Source of the DNA: Chrysomallon squamiferum
Taxonomy: Eukaryota > Animalia > Mollusca
Assembly: GCA_012295275.1 (NCBI GenBank)
Contig: CM022670.1
Location: 35,216,001 to 35,280,000, forward strand
Direction of reading: 5' to 3'
Length of the DNA stretch: 64,000 bases
In this document: in pieces, positions 53,358-64,000 of the stretch
Layout: each line of letters starts with the position of its first letter
Numbering within the stretch: the stretch's first letter is position 1
Notes under the pieces: model-generated
Seen by the model: the letters and a program-made list of their open reading frames with translations, nothing else
Told to the model about the DNA's origin: nothing
The model's database searches: none
Position numbers and translations under genes: made by a program

Positions 53358-54442
53358 TTTATTTTTTTATTTTTTTTTTTTAGAGTTAACTGAAAATAAC
53401 CCATTGGATATACAAATCAGCAATTTGCAAGAAATCCAAACTCTTTGTAACCAAGCTGAACAAAATGAACCTGAACAGTTTGAAAGGTGTACAATTTGCA
53501 TAGACTGTAGTTTCAGTTACAGTTGTTTTTATGCATAATTTTGCCTTTAGTTATGTATTATTCCTTTACCTTTTATTATTAATTAATAAAAAAATATATA
53601 CAAAGTTGTTTTATTATTATTTTATTATTTTTCTTTTTAAATAATTGTTTTTACATATTTTCGCAAGTCTGAAAATAGAGTTCAATTTTATTGATAAATT
53701 GTTTTTTTCATTTCCAAATACTCCTGCTTTCAAACTGTACCATTAAAGTTTTTATTATATATTCAGATATTTTTTCTTTCTTTTCTTTTTATTTTATTTC
53801 AGTGATATCATCTCAAAGCAAATTGGGGAATGTGTTTTTGAAGTAATACCAAGTTCAAATCCAGAATCTTTATTTAGTTCTGAGTGTGATGAAGTTGAAC
53901 TTCTTCGAGCTTGTGATTTTACAACAGAAAAGAAATTTGAAGTATTTGAAGAAGAAAATCTTAGTAAATACCAAAGTGAATTTATGAAAGGTTTGTTAGA
54001 TGGAAATAAACTTGACTTGACTATTTCTTTCTTTTTCTTTCTTTTTTAAATGATCCATTTTTTTATTTGTAAAGTCACCTTCACAGAAAACTGTTGAAAA
54101 AAATAAAACTGTATTATTGTTTCTATCCATTGTAACTTAATAATCAAGTGAACTATTTATTATTGCTTATTATTTTATTTTGATACATAATAATCTATGA
54201 TCCTTGATTTTTCCAGACAGTCTTGAAGATATATTAACAGTTGATGCTTTAAGCACCTTTTGCCAAGATATTCCTCAGTGTAAACAGTTACTGGAAAGAT
54301 TACATTCAGAATCAGTTCAAGATCCATTGGTAAACACAGATGGCCATGTTTATAATGAGAAAACTATTTTCAGGTACATGCACAGTAAATTCTGATGTTA
54401 GCTTTAAAAAAGATTAGTGAATCAAAATGCATTTATTAAATT

Positions 54443-54489
<47 letters not shown>

Positions 54490-57179
54490 AAACTAAAAAA
54501 CAAATTAATATATGTAAATATTTTAAAAGCAAAGAAACATGATTCTGAATAGATTACTTTTTTTTATTTTAGTGAATATTTGAAATTTTCAACTAACTGT
54601 GAAAATGAATGTAATAGTTGTGTCAACATCAAGGATAAATTTGAAGTTTTTGAAAAACTCCAAACATGTAATCTTGATGAGGTACAGTAATTTTTAATAT
54701 TATGGAGAAGAGGTATGTCATTAAAAATGCTATAATACTTTTCAAATTTTTTGTTTTTGTTTTGTTTTTGTTTTTTTATTTGTGGGGTTTTCTAGAGAGA
54801 GGCAATTGTGCTGAGTGTTGCAACTTTTGAAAAACATGCCTTAACAGTTATAATAAAACATAAAGTACAGCTAATAATTATTAATATCAGCTTTAATGTA
54901 ATACTGAATTAAACGTAGTTTGCATTTAAAAAAAATTTAAAAGAAAAAGACAAACATTTGTTTACTTTGTTGAATATTTTTAGAAAGAATTTGAAGAAAT
55001 TATCACTCCATTTGAACATGAAACAGAAGATAGTATTTTGGGCAGTGATTTCCAAAAAAGTGTACTGGAAAGCCCACCTTTTTTTGGTAAATATATATTT
55101 TTGAAGTTTTTAAATAAATAGGTTAGTATTCAATTTTCAAATTAAATTATTGTATCAGATTAATAAATCATTGGTAAAATCATCTGTAGTATTTCAACAT
55201 TTTATGATATTGAGTTCTAGAAATAAAATAAAGCATCTATTAAGCAGTTATATTAAAATATTTATTTCAAAGAAATTTATAATTACTAGATATTTTCATG
55301 TAATTTTCAGAATAATTTTCATTAAGATTTGTAAAAATATCATTTAGAACAGTATTTTTCAAATTTTGTGGTTTTGAATATAAAATTCTTAGAGACAGGT
55401 GGAAAGTTATCAAAAATAATGTAATTTGAAAACAGTGACATGTGTTTTTCTTTTAATTATATTTTGTTTAGTTAAATATAACTGATTGTTGATGATTTCA
55501 GTATTTTATTTTTAACAGAATCTTCTGAAATTGGACAAGATATAAAAATTCTGGAACAAAAACAAGATGGTATTGAAAAGGGATCATTTTCACCTACAAA
55601 ATTAAAAACAAAAACATTTGTGGAACTTAATAATGGTATATAAACTAGAAACATACTTAGAAATGATAACAAAAAGATGCATTATTTATATATAATTAAT
55701 TCTATTAGTTAATATTTAATTAAAAGTGCATTGGGTATGCTTTTGAATTATTTATTTTATACTTCTTTGTATTCAGTCTATGAATTTACAAAAATATTAA
55801 AAAATTAAAAAATAAATATTTCATTATTTCTTAAGTGAAAATTAAAATGAGTGACATAATTTCTATAATTCTTAAACAGACTTGGAAGAAAACATGGATT
55901 TGTCAAAAGCTTCAATCGAGTCACCTCTTCCCTCACCTGTGCTTCTTCACAAAGAAAATGATGATTTCTTGAAGATCTTCCAGATACTTCAGCCTCTACC
56001 CAGGCCACACTCACCAACAGATAAATTGTAAGTTTGTTATAAAATGTGAAAAATATTATACAAATTGTAGATTAGATTCAAATATTTTTTTTTTTTTTTT
56101 ATAACATAAAATACAATATTGATGTTAAACATTTAAGTAAACTGGACTAATATGCTTCATGATTTATCAGATACCATGCCTGAGCACATTACAAAATGTT
56201 TGAATGAAAAAAATGTTGAAATACATTCATATAAAATTGTTATTAAAAATAATTTTGTTCAGTAATACTTTTTTATTTAAAATTAAATAAAAAATTGTTT
56301 TTGTTTGAAGTTTTTTACTTTAAATTTTTAGGTCTTTTCTAAGGCAGTTTGAAATGGAGAATTTGGAAAATAAAATTTGGAGAAATGAAAAATATTTTGA
56401 TGAAATCTTAGCTTTACGACTTCAGGGTAGTTGTTCTATTCATTTTAGAATTTTCATCCTCAGTATAAAATAAATTTAATGTCCATTGAACATTTTATGT
56501 TCAACATCTCTTTATTTTTGTATCATATTGTTAGGTCATTTAATGTTTGAAGAAAAAAGATTTAAAAATTAAATATACATATTAATTTAGAATAATCTAA
56601 CATAAAATTAGTAATAAAAGGTGGCTAAATAAAAAAAAAATCATATTTAATTATATTAACGTTTGCCACGATACTCTTTCAGAACCAGAGATAGAACTAA
56701 GAGAAGTTAGTCAAAATCCACAGTCTCTTATTATGAAGGATATAAAGATTCAGTTAAAACTTATGGCTCAAACTGGGATTGGTGACCTGGAATTACAATT
56801 TTCATGGGATCCCTTCTCAGTTTTCAGCAAGTTGATGTCCAAATTAAGGCAACCTGAACAACTGGATTACCATGTTAAAAAACAGAATAGTAATCCTCCA
56901 ACATGTAATGTAGAAGAATTCACAAAATATGAATGTCACCAGTCTTGCGGTGAGTTCAGTTTAATAATAAAATGTTGAACTTATAAATGAAGTTAATCAC
57001 ACTAACTTCTATCATTAGAAACTATTATAAATCTTAAGTCCTAATTGAAATATGAACTGTTTATTGTGAATGTTTCTCTGTTTAATAAATCGTTCATATT
57101 TGAATCGTTAACATTAGATGTAATTTTGTTAATCTTAAAAGTAAAATGTCATCCATCTTTATGTGTGTGTGCATGTGTA

Positions 57180-57222
<43 letters not shown>

Positions 57223-60200
57223 GTATATCAGATTAAGTTTTAAGAAATTATTAAATTAATGTGCTATTGTTCCAGAAATTATTGACAGCATGATGGATAT
57301 GAATATACTGACAGATACAGAAATAAAAGTTTCTGATGAGCATGTAAATAGAAATACAGAATCGTGTAAAGGTTGGTGCTTTTTAAAAGATAAACATACC
57401 TGAAATAGAAAACTGTTGCCAACTAGAAATAATGCGGACTATAAACAAATGTACTTATTAGATTAAAGGTAATATTGATGTCTATCTCTAAATAATGAGA
57501 AAAAAAATTAAGAATTTAGCTAATTATAATTCTGGAATGGAATTGGTTTGTGTACTCCAGCTTCTGAAGACATTTTAGAATTTTAATTGAAAACATTAGT
57601 TTTCTCTTACTGTTATTTTCTGTTAGAAATGGAATTCTCTAATCCAGATGTGCAACAGGTGAAGCAGTATAAGATTACTAATGAAAATACCAGTGAAGCT
57701 GATAATGAAAGAGACAGCATAAAAACAGCTGCTTCTTTAGGTAACTGGATATTTTAATAGCAACTAATTAAATTTATTTGGCATTACTGGAAAGATAAAA
57801 CTGAATAGTTCAGGTTTTGATAATCTCTAAAATATAAGAAATTAATTAAATTTTTATATTTAGAAACATTGTAGCAATATGCTTTGTATTAAGTTCAGAC
57901 GAATATTACATCTGTAAGAATAAATACACATTTTATTAACTGAATTAGTAAAAATAAAAATTTACATTTAAAAAGCTGAATTAAGTAATATTATTTCTCA
58001 TTAATTTTGATGATGATATTCTATGCTGAGCTTATTTTTGTTATAATTGAATTATAAATTATAATAAATTTTAATTGTTGAAAAATAATCTTTTTATTTA
58101 AGGGACTTCCAGTGATCTGATAACAATGGATCCTCTTCAGAATTTTATGTCTATGAGAAAGATTGCTTCATCCAATAAAAGTCAGTCACATTTTTCATTT
58201 TGTGCTTTTTTAATCTTATTTCAGACAAGAATGACTCTGTTTTTATTTTGGAAAGAATAATACTTTATCATTTTTGATTGCAAGGCAATTTAAGAAATGT
58301 ATCAGTTTTTGTTTTTGATGTGTTACTTTCTCTGTGCTACACATCTGACTGATAACTAATTTTATTTGTGAAAATGCTGAATTATAGTGTGGAGGATTTT
58401 TTTTGGTTGTTTTTTTAATTGTATTTTTACACTGAAGCATTATTAACAGAAAGAAGTTCCTGCAGACCTAGCAAGAGTCCGACATGCATTGTAAAACCTA
58501 TTACTCCTATGACTTGCCCTCCACCTACAGAAAATGTTGTTCAACACAGGATTATAAGAATGAAATTACAAGGTATATAGTTTGCAAAATTATTAACATA
58601 TACTTTTATAAATACAACTGAAAATATGAAATTTAATCTCAGATACATTAAATTTATTTAATATTGTTTATATAGCTAGTCTTTATAATGAATGAGACTG
58701 AAAATTATAAGAGAAATGTTTGTAATTTATTTTTGTTTTATTTCATATTAGAATGAAACTTGTTCTACTTTTTCAACATATACTCATTTACAATTATTTA
58801 ATTTAATTTAATTTAATTTAAATAGTTAGATTATCATTATAGAAGAAACATAATTTACTGTTCATGGAGAATTTGAGCTTGTATTTACAGGTTTTTTTCA
58901 TTGCCTAACAGCCAAGTTAAGATATTCTCAGACTTTTTTACCTAAAGATATCTAAACTTTTATTTGTAGGGCCATTTGAAAATATTTATTTCACTCTAGA
59001 AGATTTTGCAAAGCCTTTTATCAGTGTTCTTAAGGAGACTGGAGAAACTGATGGGGAACATAATCTTGCCTCGTTGGATCCAGACATCACTAAATTTTTG
59101 CTGAAGGAAAGAGAAAAGAAAATAAAAGATTCCCAGCTGGACAGTATGTATACACAGTATTAAATGATAAAGATAATAAGTAGTAGAAAAGATTAAATAT
59201 TTAAAAAATAAAATAAACATAGCCTTAATTGTCAGTCCTATTTCATTTATATATTTATGTCTGATATATATGTACATAACAGGATCACAGATAATTCCAT
59301 TTATTTTTTATATAAAAAGACAAATTAATAAAAAAAAAAATTATAATTACTATTACCTTATAATCTAATTTTTTTATAATCAATAGTGCAATAAATAAGT
59401 TAACTCATTCGTTTCTTTTAACATTGGCAATATTAATTATATGGTTTACATATTTTATTCATTTTAGAATTGACTGATGACACATATCGCACCATACTAA
59501 TAGTTCATATTCTTTGTGGAGCTGTTGGTCTTCTTGTACACTGCTGTTTAGAGTCAGCAATAAGTTATCTCACTGCCATGCAAGAAAAATACTCTACTGT
59601 TCTGGATGGTAAAATTTAATGTTTTTTTAATTTTTCATACCACCACATATATTACAATATAAATTTCTTAGTATATCCTTTGCTACTTATTCTACGGTTC
59701 TCTGTAAGAAATTATTAACAAGAGGTGAAAAGTAACTTAAGTGAAAACCTCAAGACTAAAAATAGCTTTTTGCTTTACAGAATCTCTGGAAGATATTAGA
59801 CAAAAATTGTTTTTAAATCAGTGCAACTTCTACCAAAAATCAGTTTTGCATCCAAAAGTGATATCAGTTTGTAAGGAAGTGGAAAATATTCTTAAAATAT
59901 CCAACTACAAAGAAAAGGTAATTAATATAAAGGTTGTACTGATTACTTGATATTCAGGTTTTGTTATTGATCAAACTGAATTAAAAATTTAAAAAATGAA
60001 TGTCTACCTTTGATGAATACCTTTAATATTCTCCAAGTAATTTAATTTTTATATTTATTTATTTATTAGAATTTATTATCCAAATTCAGTTTACTCTATA
60101 AAGAAGAATTAAAAGAATCAATAATTATTACTAATTGTTATTAAATATTTTAAAAGAAGTAATAACTCTATAAGATTTTCTTTACTTGTAGGTACTTATT

Positions 60201-63200
60201 GTACTCAAACGACCACTGCAAACCTTGACAATGACATTAAAAAATGCATTATCAACAAATAATGAAATTATTCCTGATATTCTCAACTTGGCTGAAGAAC
60301 TTATTAAGCAGAGGTTGTATAATCTAGATAATACTTATTTACAGAATATAATTTAGTGGAATTTTTATCCTGGAGAGAATGCATAGAAAAATGTCATTAA
60401 GGATTCATGTTTAATCCTGAAATAAATCAAATATTAAAATATACCATAAGCTTGAAACACAGCATCAAAATTCATTATTTTAAATAATTTATTAAAATAT
60501 CTGCTCCTAAGATTGTTCCTCACAACTTATGTTATTTAATTTTCAGTACGGTTGTTTATAATGTTCTAAATACAATTCAGTTTGTAGTACTATCATTTTT
60601 CAGATTTGAAAAACACAACTGCTTATTAGCTTCTGAAACATTCATTACCAAGCACACTTCTTTGCAACCTTTTATACTGATAATTGAATATGAATTCAAT
60701 GAAGGATCATTAACTGAGAATATATGTACAGAACAAAACAAAAATTTTATTGGCTACCTAATCCAAGATTCTACTGACAAGAACGTTTCATCAGGTAAAT
60801 TTCTCATTTCCTTTTATCTCCTAGGAATTAATGAAAAATTTAATATGCATGCACCAAGTAAAAGTTATACAGTTACTATAATTATATTAGGATGTTTCTG
60901 AAGTTCACTACTAAATACTCAACAGCGATTTTAAAACTGAATAGTATTTGCAAATATTTTTAAGGATGACAGTCAATAATTTGCAAAAACAATTATTTTG
61001 TTATTTTTTTTTTTTTTTTTAAATATACAGTTACTTCAACTAAAGCAGAAAATCAAGTTCAGGTTACAGTTATAGGATCACAATTAATAACCTGTGAAAA
61101 AGAGGTTTTGCATATTCTTGAAACAAGGTGAGAAAGTAATTTATTTTGTATTTCTTTTTAACAGGAATATTTATAATAATTAGAAACATATGTTAATACG
61201 TTACAAAATTACAATGCTTTTTTTTTACAACTTTGATCACTGCATAATTGGTGTAATTATTTTTACATGGACATATCAGATCTTGATTAATTCTGTATAA
61301 TATTTACATTCAGTTTTCAAGATTACTTTGTAATGAATAGAAATACTGATGAATTAATTGCTAAGTGTATTTAGATATAGTTTGTAAGTTCAATATATCT
61401 GAAACATATTAGAATTTGAACATGACCAATTGTAAATTAATTTTATTTTTCAGACACAATGTAATTGTCTTTGAAAGGGACTATTCAAAATTAGTAATGT
61501 GTAAAAAGGTGTATTTTGCTGATGTTATCATTGATGAGAGACATGGTATCACAGTACACAAGTTGCAAGATCTTAGTGAAGATTGGCAGATGGAACAGCT
61601 TACTAAGAAGATAGTTTGCCTTAGTCTGCATCTGACATACTGTTGGATCATTCTCTATTCATTTCATTCTGATAGGTGAGGCCTATAATTTATGAGGTGA
61701 TTTGTGCAACCATTGATTTTGTTGAAATACAAAGGTTATTAAGTACAGTTTACATTTCTCTTTGTTTCTTTTCTAATTTAAGCCAAAAATAACAAGTTCT
61801 CTGTAACTATCTCTAGGCTATATAGTGTCAGTGTCTTTAGAGCTTTTTGAAATACATATAAAATCTGTAGTTCATACACTATTATTTTACAGGTGTTAGT
61901 ATGATCAAAATAAAATATTAAATTGAGATCTGACATTTCTTTAAATAAAATAATGTGGCCAAATGCAGCTTAAGGAGTGGCAGTTTTGTTGACCAAATTG
62001 TTAATATTACTGCTTTAGACTTCAGAAATGTGTCACTATGTGACAGGCTCAATTTATATTTGTGTATTTGCTTACAGATATGTATTCTCTAATGGAATCA
62101 TCTCAAATATTTGGAAGCTTCAGGCAGCACTGGCCAATATTTCTAGCAAAGTTAATCAATTCCAGTGTACCTTTAAGGTAGGTATTTTAGTCATTTGAAA
62201 TTAAAACATAAGAAAAACAATATTATTTTAAATTTGACATACATCATTAAACTATTTTTTTTTTAAATCGAGGAATTTTGAAGTAATTAACCCAAAAGAA
62301 GAGTTTAATTGGTGTTAACAAAGTTGAATAAAGAATTAAAATAACAAAAGAGTGTTTAATGATTGTGAAATAGACTGATTGACACAAACTGTTTATTACC
62401 ACTGTGTTCTAAAAGACAGTGCATTGCTTTTCATAATGTTTTCAGGTACTGCTGTGCACAAGCCCAGAAGACATGGCTGGGATGATTAGGATATGCTGCA
62501 ACCACTGTATAGAAACATCCTCTATTTGGATGGATGATAATTGGTGTAGGAAATGGATGAAAGAAGAAATGACTTTGGTACTAGTACTAGTCATTTCTTA
62601 TCAATTTATTAGTTTTATTCTATCTTTCAGTTTTGTTTTAGTATTTTTGCTTTTTCTTCAGTTGTTTGTTACCAGTTTATTTCTTTTATGGTAGCTTTTC
62701 AGCTTTGCTTTAGATTTCTATTTGTATTTACTTTAAACTATATGGAGTAGTATATCTAATGTGAACTGATTAATATGGTTCAGTAATTATTATTTATTTC
62801 TTAAGTTCACATTATTTCATAAAAAAACACAAAAAATAACCTTAATTTGTTGTTTTTTTTTCAAATGATGTACCAGCATATTTTTCTTTCCAAAGGATCC
62901 TATTTCATTTTACATTAAACAGGTTAATAGAATACATTCACACTGTTCTCATTATTTAGCATTGCTTTGTCATCATTGTTTGGTGATTTTTACAGGAAGA
63001 ATGCTGTCTCCTGGGTTTTCCTTGCTTCAGTTCATTTAGGTGAGAAATATCTGTGAATCCATTATCAAAAGTGCTTGATATGCCTTATTAATTTCAATTA
63101 TGAAAGGAAGAAAAAATAAATAAATAAAAAGTAAATTTATGAATAGGAAGAAATAGAAAATTATTTTCCTTTTTATTGTTTTTTTTGCTTTTGTAGTGCA

Positions 63201-64000
63201 CAGCTCATTCTAACAAGGGTTTCTCTAGGACACCTTCTGTCATCTGATTTTAAACATCTTCCAATTGTTATGCCTGAGTTACCAGAGAAAGTAAATAAGG
63301 TAAATGAATTGAGCACATTTGTCTTATAGTCTAATGCATATATATTAAATTTTGAACATTTAATTATTTTTTTGTAAAAAAATATATCTTAACAGTTATA
63401 TATGCATATATGCATTCAATTATATATAGTTATATATGCATTCAATTATAAAATTCTCAGTTAAAATATATAATAATTATTATTATTTATACATTTAATA
63501 AATTTCAATTTACAGCATTTCACATTTTTGGTCTTATGCGATTCTGGTTTGAAGTTACGAACTATTCCTCAAGAAAATGAGAATTTTAATAGACAGGGAT
63601 TAGAGCGTACTACATCAGGTCACAAACCTGATTTTAGGAATCAGATAAATAATTCAGTGTTCTCTAACAAAAACAGTAACTTTTCAGTCGATAAATCAGC
63701 TGATAAATATTTTCTAGAAAAAAGAGAGATAATTCCTCAATGTAAAGCAGATACAGTATTTGAGAATGTCTGTGGTAGTCAGGTATTACAAGATGTGTGT
63801 GTTAGTAAGAAAAAAGATTGTGACATGAAAACAATTACTTGTAATGTTGAAGGTAGCATGTCTTTGCCATGCATGGAGCAGTATGACCATCTCAATACTG
63901 AATGTGATGACAGTTTTGCCAGTTCTCAAGAATATGTCAAACCAAACCAATATGTCTTGGCAGAAATGGAAGCTAGAAACTTACAGACAAGAAAAAAAAT
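52641..64000 (+). CDS. SHOC1: Protein shortage in chiasmata 1 ortholog (SHOC1/C9orf84/Zip2-like), 3' partial; 28 exons, ~1300 codons in the window
   Basis: In-phase spliced ORF. Blocks FEVIPSSNPES, LERL...VQDPL, DPLQNFMSMRK, TKFLLKEREK, the XPF-like region HNVIVFERD...DVIIDE...CLSLHLTYCWIILY and the HhH-like region LLGFPCFSSFSAQLIL...PELPEKV match recalled vertebrate SHOC1 in order. Confidence 0.92.
52886..53027 (+). CDS. SHOC1: SHOC1 exon 2
   Basis: ttgcag acceptor, G|gtttca donor, phase 0 to 1. Confidence 0.8.
53384..53486 (+). CDS. SHOC1: SHOC1 exon 3
   Basis: Poly-T tag acceptor, AG|gtgtac donor, phase 1 to 2. Confidence 0.75.
53803..53990 (+). CDS. SHOC1: SHOC1 exon 4 (EVIPSSNPES)
   Basis: tttcag acceptor, G|gtttgt donor; conserved PSSNP motif. 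Confidence 0.88.
54217..54373 (+). CDS. SHOC1: SHOC1 exon 5 (LLERL...VQDPL)
   Basis: ttccag acceptor, AG|gtacat donor. Confidence 0.88.
54573..54681 (+). CDS. SHOC1: SHOC1 exon 6
   Basis: ttttag acceptor, GAG|gtacag donor. Confidence 0.8.
54796..54864 (+). CDS. SHOC1: SHOC1 candidate exon 7 (3' end uncertain: 54846 or 54864)
   Basis: ttctag acceptor, phase 0/0, weak donors. Confidence 0.5.
54984..55086 (+). CDS. SHOC1: SHOC1 exon 8
   Basis: ttttag acceptor, G|gtaaat donor. Confidence 0.8.
55519..55635 (+). CDS. SHOC1: SHOC1 exon 9
   Basis: taacag acceptor, G|gtatat donor, phase 1/1. Confidence 0.75.
55880..56027 (+). CDS. SHOC1: SHOC1 exon 10
   Basis: aaacag acceptor, TT|gtaagt donor. 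Confidence 0.8.
56332..56426 (+). CDS. SHOC1: SHOC1 exon 11 (LENKIWRNEK)
   Basis: ttttag acceptor, G|gtagtt donor. Confidence 0.82.
56683..56949 (+). CDS. SHOC1: SHOC1 exon 12 (LQFSWDPF)
   Basis: tttcag acceptor, G|gtgagt donor. Confidence 0.87.
57276..57371 (+). CDS. SHOC1: SHOC1 exon 13
   Basis: ttccag acceptor, G|gttggt donor. Confidence 0.75.
57627..57740 (+). CDS. SHOC1: SHOC1 exon 14
   Basis: tgttag acceptor, G|gtaact donor. Confidence 0.78.
58103..58180 (+). CDS. SHOC1: SHOC1 exon 15 (DPLQNFMSMRK)
   Basis: tttaag acceptor, A|gtcagt donor; conserved motif. Confidence 0.8.
58450..58572 (+). CDS. SHOC1: SHOC1 exon 16
   Basis: taacag acceptor, G|gtatat donor. Confidence 0.78.
58970..59143 (+). 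CDS. SHOC1: SHOC1 exon 17 (TKFLLKEREK)
   Basis: ttgtag acceptor, A|gtatgt donor. Confidence 0.88.
59468..59608 (+). CDS. SHOC1: SHOC1 exon 18
   Basis: ttttag acceptor, G|gtaaaa donor; VHIL...CCLESAISYL block. Confidence 0.88.
59781..59917 (+). CDS. SHOC1: SHOC1 exon 19 (HPKV)
   Basis: ttacag acceptor, AAG|gtaatt donor. Confidence 0.88.
60192..60313 (+). CDS. SHOC1: SHOC1 exon 20
   Basis: ttgtag acceptor, AG|gttgta donor. Confidence 0.82.
60604..60794 (+). CDS. SHOC1: SHOC1 exon 21
   Basis: tttcag acceptor, G|gtaaat donor. Confidence 0.87.
61031..61127 (+). CDS. SHOC1: SHOC1 exon 22 (start of XPF-like domain)
   Basis: atacag acceptor, AG|gtgaga donor. Confidence 0.87.
61454..61675 (+). 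CDS. SHOC1: SHOC1 exon 23 (XPF-like core)
   Basis: tttcag acceptor, AG|gtgagg donor; VFERD...DVIIDE...CWIILY. Confidence 0.92.
62078..62177 (+). CDS. SHOC1: SHOC1 exon 24
   Basis: ttacag acceptor, AAG|gtaggt donor. Confidence 0.88.
62446..62577 (+). CDS. SHOC1: SHOC1 exon 25
   Basis: tttcag acceptor, TTG|gtacta donor. Confidence 0.87.
62996..63039 (+). CDS. SHOC1: SHOC1 exon 26 (EECCLLGFPCFSSF, HhH-like)
   Basis: ttacag acceptor, AG|gtgaga donor. Confidence 0.87.
63197..63299 (+). CDS. SHOC1: SHOC1 exon 27 (AQLIL...PELPEKVNK)
   Basis: ttgtag acceptor, AAG|gtaaat donor. Confidence 0.9.
63516..64000 (+). CDS. SHOC1: SHOC1 exon 28 (long, probably disordered C-terminal region; runs off the window)
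   Basis: ttacag acceptor; 485 nt with no stop in the inherited frame. Confidence 0.88.

Noticed and set aside
1-64000. tRNA, rRNA, snRNA or miRNA genes
   Set aside because: No cloverleaf, rRNA-like segment or convincing non-repetitive hairpin seen by eye; an Infernal/Rfam and tRNAscan-SE run would be needed to exclude them

Overview
AT-rich, microsatellite-dense animal genomic DNA with GT-AG introns; probably a mollusc (gastropod-like SINE remnants; inference). Three protein-coding genes lie head-to-tail on the + strand, each rebuilt by hand with exon phases checked. (1) The last four exons of dihydropyrimidine dehydrogenase (DPYD, 114-2561). (2) A complete C1orf87-like protein with degenerate EF-hand pairs (~33.9-50.5 kb, with a candidate coding first exon at 18842 and a candidate non-coding first exon ending at 11437). 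(3) The first 28 exons (~1300 codons) of the meiotic ZMM crossover factor SHOC1/C9orf84, from 52641 past the window end. Between them are a CpG-retaining ~10-19 kb domain with RFX X-boxes and Fox/Sox-like motifs, five minisatellites (two directly upstream of exons and carrying splice-site-like motifs), an internally deleted Mutator-like transposon, a possible piggyBac-type MITE and SINE remnants. Most ORFs in the supplied track are microsatellite artefacts. There is no rRNA, tRNA, CRISPR or prokaryotic system, and I found no clearly novel system. The best leads are the regulatory and splicing architecture of the uncharacterised C1orf87-like gene. Homology calls rest on recalled sequences, not database searches.
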